Shown piece by piece: positions 59,556 through 64,000 of a stretch of 64,000 nt of DNA; position 1 is the stretch's first letter; the number at the start of each line of letters is the position of its first letter. The DNA comes from Pseudomonadota bacterium. GTDB taxonomy: Bacteria; Pseudomonadota; Gammaproteobacteria; Burkholderiales; SG8-39. The notes under the pieces are model-generated. The model was given only the letters and a program-made list of their open reading frames with translations, searched no databases and was not told the DNA's origin. The stretch is taken from NCBI GenBank assembly GCA_026399375.1, contig JAPLRD010000036.1, forward strand, positions 2,078 through 66,077. The letters run 5' to 3'. Both the position numbers and the translations under genes were made by a program.

Positions 59556-60340
59556 TTCATCCCCAGATCGACCCTGTCGCAATCGCATTGGGCCCGCTGG
59601 CGATACGCTGGTACGGCCTCATGTATCTCGTCGGTTTCGGCGCCGCGTTCCTGCTCGCCCGCGGCCGCATTAATCTGGGCCGGAGCGGAAACATCTCCCA
59701 CGCCGTATTCGACGACCTGTTTTTTTTCAGCGTACTCGGCGTGGTGCTGGGCGGGCGCCTGGGCTACGTGCTGTTTTACAAGCCGGTCTATTACCTTGCC
59801 CACCCGCTGGAGATCCTCTCCGTCTGGCAGGGCGGCATGTCCTTTCATGGCGGGTTCCTGGGCGTGCTCATCGCCATGGTGTACATCGCGCGAAAATATC
59901 GGATTCGCTGGCTCGCAATTACCGATTTCATCGCCCCGCTGGTTCCGCCCGCGCTGGCAGCCGGCCGCCTGGGCAACTTTATCAACGGCGAGCTCTGGGG
60001 AAGGGTCATAGAAAAAGGCGCCGACATTCCCTGGGGCATGGTGTTTCGCGGTGCGGGACCCCTGCCGCGCCATCCCTCGCAGCTGTATCAGTTCGGCCTT
60101 GAGGGACTGCTGCTGTTTGCGATCCTGTGGATTTATTCTTCCAAGCCGCGTCCCACGGGTGCGGTATCGGCGATGTTCCTCATCGGCTACGGGACGCTTC
60201 GATTCGTGGCGGAGTTCTTTCGCGAACCCGATGACTTCCTCGGACTGCTGGCCTTCAGCCTGTCCATGGGCCAATGGCTGTCCCTGCCCATGGTGCTGGC
60301 CGGGATGGTCATGCTCGCCTGGTCCGGTCGAAAGGTGTAG
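59549..60340 (+). CDS. lgt: Prolipoprotein diacylglyceryl transferase
   Basis: 263 aa with the motifs [36 protein letters not shown] and HPSQLY. Confidence 0.95.
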   Translation: MLIHPQIDPVAIALGPLAIRWYGLMYLVGFGAAFLLARGRINLGRSGNISHAVFDDLFFFSVLGVVLGGRLGYVLFYKPVYYLAHPLEILSVWQGGMSFHGGFLGVLIAMVYIARKYRIRWLAITDFIAPLVPPALAAGRLGNFINGELWGRVIEKGADIPWGMVFRGAGPLPRHPSQLYQFGLEGLLLFAILWIYSSKPRPTGAVSAMFLIGYGTLRFVAEFFREPDDFLGLLAFSLSMGQWLSLPMVLAGMVMLAWSGRKV

Positions 60341-60362
60341 TCTATTCGGAAGGAGGTCTGTC

Positions 60363-60581
60363 ATGGACGACGATATCGACTACGCGCTGCGCGCCGCGCT
60401 GCAGCAGCGCTTCAGCGAACTGCAGATGGAGCACCGCGACCTGGACGACGCGATCGCACGCCTGTCGGAAAATCCTTTGCCCGACCAGCTGCGCATGCAG
60501 CGGCTGAAGAAGCGCAAACTGCTGCTAAAGGACCAACTCACCCATCTGGAACGCCAGCTTGATCCGGACGTGCTGGCTTAG
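60363..60581 (+). CDS. DUF465 (YdcH-like) family protein
   Basis: 72 aa coiled-coil protein with ..EHRDLDDAI......P.DQLRMQRLKKRKLLLKDQL, typical of DUF465. The internal ATG of track ORF 60051..60581 is used. Confidence 0.8.
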   Translation: MDDDIDYALRAALQQRFSELQMEHRDLDDAIARLSENPLPDQLRMQRLKKRKLLLKDQLTHLERQLDPDVLA

Positions 60582-60598
60582 ACCAAAGCTGATCGGTT

Positions 60599-60982
60599 TT
60601 ACTTTCGTTTGCCGGACAGCAAACCGGGCTTGAGTCCGGTCGCCACACTGGCGTTTTCCAGCCGCAGAAACGTGGCATAGCCTTCGGCGACCGCCGCAAA
60701 GCCGTAGGACAAACGCCCCTTCAGGCGCACCGCCTGCGGTCTGAACAGGTCGCCGCCGGGGCTGAATCCGGGCAGGTGCACATAGGCCACCGGTTTATCG
60801 GCGCAATCGGGACATACTCCAGGTTCACCCGCCAGCGTGATTTGCCTCTCGTCGCTGTGCATGGCGGCGAGGTAGCCGCGCAACTCGACCTCCTCTCCTG
60901 ACAGCGCTTCAGCGCGCTTGCTGAAGGTCATGCGTTGCGTGCCGATGTGGTCGAACAGGTCGCGAAAGGAAATGGTCTGCAT
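60599..60982 (-). CDS. Hypothetical protein (127 aa, CPDC motif)
   Basis: The ORF has codon usage like its neighbours and starts 27 nt downstream of the TauE-like gene. I recognise no family. Confidence 0.5.
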   Translation of the reverse strand: MQTISFRDLFDHIGTQRMTFSKRAEALSGEEVELRGYLAAMHSDERQITLAGEPGVCPDCADKPVAYVHLPGFSPGGDLFRPQAVRLKGRLSYGFAAVAEGYATFLRLENASVATGLKPGLLSGKRK

Positions 60983-61009
60983 GTCTCGTCCGTAGTCCGA
61001 ATGCCGAGC

Positions 61010-61750
61010 TCAGCCTGCTGCGCGCACGATCAGCGAAATGCCGTTGGCAAGCAGCAGCACCGCCACTACGCGCAGCAGAAACTCGCGCGTCACGCGCTTG
61101 AATGCCCAGGACGCGAGAGTCAGTCCGATCATCGCGGCCAGCACCGCAAACGCTGCCGCAACCCCGACTTCTACCCTGAATATCAAGCCGGTGACGGCGA
61201 AGGCCGTTACACGCATGCCGATGCTGAACACCGTGTTGAGCGTAAGCGTGGCGCGGAACTGCTCCTTCGACAAAGGCCGGTGCGACAGATAGATGGCGTA
61301 GGGCGGCCCGCCCGCGCCGAACAAGGTGCTGGTGATACCGCCTGAAAATCCGGCCAAATAAGCCCAATGCCGGCTTACCGTGGTGGCACCCGGCCGCGAA
61401 AGCAAGGCGTAGACGGCATAGCAGGCCACAAACAGTCCGAGCGCCAACATTGTCTTGGACCGAGGCAGATTGACCAGCGCCGTAATGCCGATCACCGTGC
61501 CGACCAGGATGAACGGCACCATGCGCATGATTTCGGCCTTCACCGCATCCTTGGGGTTCTGAAAGCCGATGCGCAGCGCGCTGGCGAAATCCACCAGCGA
61601 GAATACCGCCAGCGCAAACGGCAGGGGTACGAAGTGGGTGGCCAGGGGAATGGTGACCAGCGCCGAACCGAAGCCGGTTATGCCGTACACCAGCGAGCCA
61701 ATGAAGGCGATCGCTGCGATCAGCACCACGAGCCATATTTCGTCTGGCAC
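61010..61750 (-). CDS. TauE/SafE family anion (sulfite/organosulfonate) exporter
   Basis: 246 aa with 7-8 TMs. The GITGFGSALVTIPL and GGITSTLFGAGGPP repeats are typical of DUF81/TauE. Confidence 0.88.
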   Translation of the reverse strand: MPDEIWLVVLIAAIAFIGSLVYGITGFGSALVTIPLATHFVPLPFALAVFSLVDFASALRIGFQNPKDAVKAEIMRMVPFILVGTVIGITALVNLPRSKTMLALGLFVACYAVYALLSRPGATTVSRHWAYLAGFSGGITSTLFGAGGPPYAIYLSHRPLSKEQFRATLTLNTVFSIGMRVTAFAVTGLIFRVEVGVAAAFAVLAAMIGLTLASWAFKRVTREFLLRVVAVLLLANGISLIVRAAG

Positions 61751-61764
61751 TGGAAAACCTGCGC

Positions 61765-64000
61765 TCAGCGGCCCGCCGGCGCAGCCAATGCCTGCGCCAG
61801 CACCTGCGCGACGTGAACGGCTTCGCGCGGCACATTGGACGCGGTCGCACGTGCGCCGGTGCTCAATCCGTCATGTATCTGATGCCTGCAGCTGGTGCCA
61901 TCGGCGATGAGCAGCGTGTCCGCGCCGGCTTTGCGCATTGCCGGCAGCAGCGCCGCTTCGGCCATTTTCATCGATATATCGTAGTGGCCGGCCTCGTAGC
62001 CGAAGGCGCCCGCCATGCCACAGCATCCCGATGTGATGGTTTCAACTTTCAGCTCCGGGATCAACCCCAGCACCTGCTCGACAGCAGGCATCCCGGCGAA
62101 TGCTTTCTGGTGGCAATGGCCGTGTAACAACGCCTTCTTCTGCGGCAACGGCTTCAGCTTCAACTTCAATCGTCCCGCCTGATGCTCCGCGGCGAGAAAC
62201 TCCTCGAACAAGACTGCGCGCGCGGCGAGCGCGTCGGCTTCGGCCCCGGGAAGCATCGCCTTGAACTCGTCGCGCAGGGTATAGAGACAGGAAGGCTCGA
62301 GCCCGATGACGGGAAGCCCGCGCGCCACATAAGGCTTGAGTGCTTCGATGGTGCGCCGCGCCTCTGCCCTGGCCTGGTCCACCTGGCCGCTGGCGAGGAA
62401 GGTGCGGCCGCAGCATAGAGGACGTTCGCCGTCCGCGGCGCGCGCGATATGAACGCAATAGCCCGCCGCCTCCAGCACGGCGAGCGCAGCACGCGCGTTG
62501 TCGGGCTCGAAATAATTGTTGAAGGTGTCGACCAGAAGCACGACCTCGCGCGCCGGGGCGCCTTCCGACTTGTCCGAGGTACCTGTTCCGGAAAGGAAGG
62601 CGTCGCCGCGCCATTTTGGCAGGGACCGCTTCGCCGAGAGGCCCAGCAGCGATTCGCTCAGCGCGGCCAGGCCGGGAATGGCGTCGCGGAGGTTGGCCAG
62701 CCAGGATAGCCGCGAAGCCCAGGGCGCGTAGCGCGGCAACCAGGCGATCAGCCTCGCCTTGAGCGGCAGGCCGTGGCGCTCATGGTAGTGATGCAGGAAC
62801 TCGATTTTCATCTTCGCCATGTCGATGCCCGTGGGGCATTCGCGCTTGCAGCCCTTGCAACTCACGCACAGATCCATGGCTGCGTACATCGCATCCGAAG
62901 TGAAGGCCCCTTCGCCGAGCTGTCCGGACAGCGCGAGCCGCAGGGTATTGGCGCGGCCGCGCGTCAGGTCGCGCTCGTTGCCGGTGGCGCGATAGGAAGG
63001 ACACATGGTGCCGGCATCGAACTTGCGGCAGTGGCCGTTGTTGTTGCACATCTCGACCGCGGCGACCAGGCTGACGCTGGCTGCGGCGACCGGAGCAGCG
63101 CCGGGCGCATTCCACTCGCTCCAGTCCAGCGCCGTATCGAATTGCTGCGCGGCATAGCCGGGCTTGAAGCGGAACAAACTACGATCGTCCTGCTTCGTTC
63201 CGCGCACGATCTTGCCCGGGTTCATCAGGCCGCGCGGATCGAACAAATCCTTGATTTCCTCCAGCGCCCGCACGAGGCGCGTGCCGATGATGGGTTCTAT
63301 CCACTCCGTGCGCACCAGGCCGTCGCCGTGTTCGCCCGAGTAAGCGGCGCCCTTGTAGCTCCTCACGAGTTGGCACGCCTCCTCGGCGATGGCACGCATC
63401 TTCCCGGCGCCGTCTTCCTTCATGTTGAGCACCGGGCGCACATGCAGCGTGCCGACCGAGGCGTGCGCATACCAGGTGCCGCGCGTGCCGTACTTCGCGA
63501 ACACCTGCGTCAGCTTGTCGGTGTATTCAGCGAGGTGTTCCAGCGGCACGGCGCAATCCTCGATGAAGGACACCGGCTTGCCGTCGCCCTTCATCGACAT
63601 CATGATGTTGAGACCGGCCTTCCTCACTTCCCACACTTCCTTCTGCAGGCCGGCGTCGGTGATCTCGACTACGCCGCCCGGATAACCCAGATCCGCCATC
63701 AGTTCCACCAGCTGCCCGAGCTTGGCCAGTTGCTCGTCTTTATCGTCACCGGCGAATTCCACCAGCAGGATCGCGTCCGGGTCGCCCTTGAGGAACCGAT
63801 CGACGATGGGCTTGAATGCGGCGTTGCCGCGCGCGAGCCCTATCATCGTGCGGTCCACCAGTTCCACCGCCGTGGGTGCGAGCTTGACGATATGCTGCGG
63901 CGCCTGCATCGACTGATGGAAGGTCTGAAAATGGCACACGCCCAAAGTCTTGTGCTGCGGCAGCGGCGCGAGCGCGAGGTGCAGGCGGCGCGAATAGGCG
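61765..64000 (-). CDS. FAD-linked oxidase fused to Fe-S/CCG domains (YdiJ / D-2-hydroxyacid dehydrogenase-like), 5' end outside window
   Basis: The frame stays open to the window edge. The FAD-oxidase C-terminal region is ..SGEHGDGLVRTEW... The ferredoxin motifs are CNNNGHCRKFDAGTMCPSY and CVSCKGCKRECP. Two CCG-type cysteine-rich domains are present. Confidence 0.88.
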   Translation of the reverse strand, partial: AYSRRLHLALAPLPQHKTLGVCHFQTFHQSMQAPQHIVKLAPTAVELVDRTMIGLARGNAAFKPIVDRFLKGDPDAILLVEFAGDDKDEQLAKLGQLVELMADLGYPGGVVEITDAGLQKEVWEVRKAGLNIMMSMKGDGKPVSFIEDCAVPLEHLAEYTDKLTQVFAKYGTRGTWYAHASVGTLHVRPVLNMKEDGAGKMRAIAEEACQLVRSYKGAAYSGEHGDGLVRTEWIEPIIGTRLVRALEEIKDLFDPRGLMNPGKIVRGTKQDDRSLFRFKPGYAAQQFDTALDWSEWNAPGAAPVAAASVSLVAAVEMCNNNGHCRKFDAGTMCPSYRATGNERDLTRGRANTLRLALSGQLGEGAFTSDAMYAAMDLCVSCKGCKRECPTGIDMAKMKIEFLHHYHERHGLPLKARLIAWLPRYAPWASRLSWLANLRDAIPGLAALSESLLGLSAKRSLPKWRGDAFLSGTGTSDKSEGAPAREVVLLVDTFNNYFEPDNARAALAVLEAAGYCVHIARAADGERPLCCGRTFLASGQVDQARAEARRTIEALKPYVARGLPVIGLEPSCLYTLRDEFKAMLPGAEADALAARAVLFEEFLAAEHQAGRLKLKLKPLPQKKALLHGHCHQKAFAGMPAVEQVLGLIPELKVETITSGCCGMAGAFGYEAGHYDISMKMAEAALLPAMRKAGADTLLIADGTSCRHQIHDGLSTGARATASNVPREAVHVAQVLAQALAAPAGR

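Overview
This is a GC-rich chromosomal segment that reads as core genome, not an accessory island. The synteny includes pilMNOPQ-aroK-aroB-gltB-gltD with divergent mrcA, cyaY/lptM, cutA-dsbD and cytochrome c4/engB. That arrangement suggests a Betaproteobacterium, but this is inferred from gene order and protein motifs only; no search was possible. I call about 56 protein-coding genes plus a few intrinsic terminators and palindromic elements. I found no rRNA, tRNA, CRISPR array, transposase, integrase, phage gene or recognisable defence module, so I cannot point to a clear novel multi-gene system. The observations most worth follow-up are: (1) ilvD is split into two overlapping frames, with about 37 nt missing across its conserved SDGISMG loop. 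(2) gltB lacks a 12-residue strand that is otherwise invariant just before [10 protein letters not shown]. (3) A tightly coupled five-gene module encodes a Yx(FWY)xxD lipoprotein, an ECF sigma, an anti-sigma, MsrP and MsrQ. (4) The lgt 5' end is partly duplicated, with only synonymous changes, creating a 29-codon upstream ORF that overlaps the lgt start. (5) A phnDC...EE-type ABC operon is interrupted by translationally coupled acpA-like phosphatase and cdh genes. (6) Ala/Lys/Pro-rich C-terminal tails occur on PilN, PilO and a LivK-like binding protein. The many long ORFs antisense to real genes are treated as GC-driven artefacts.
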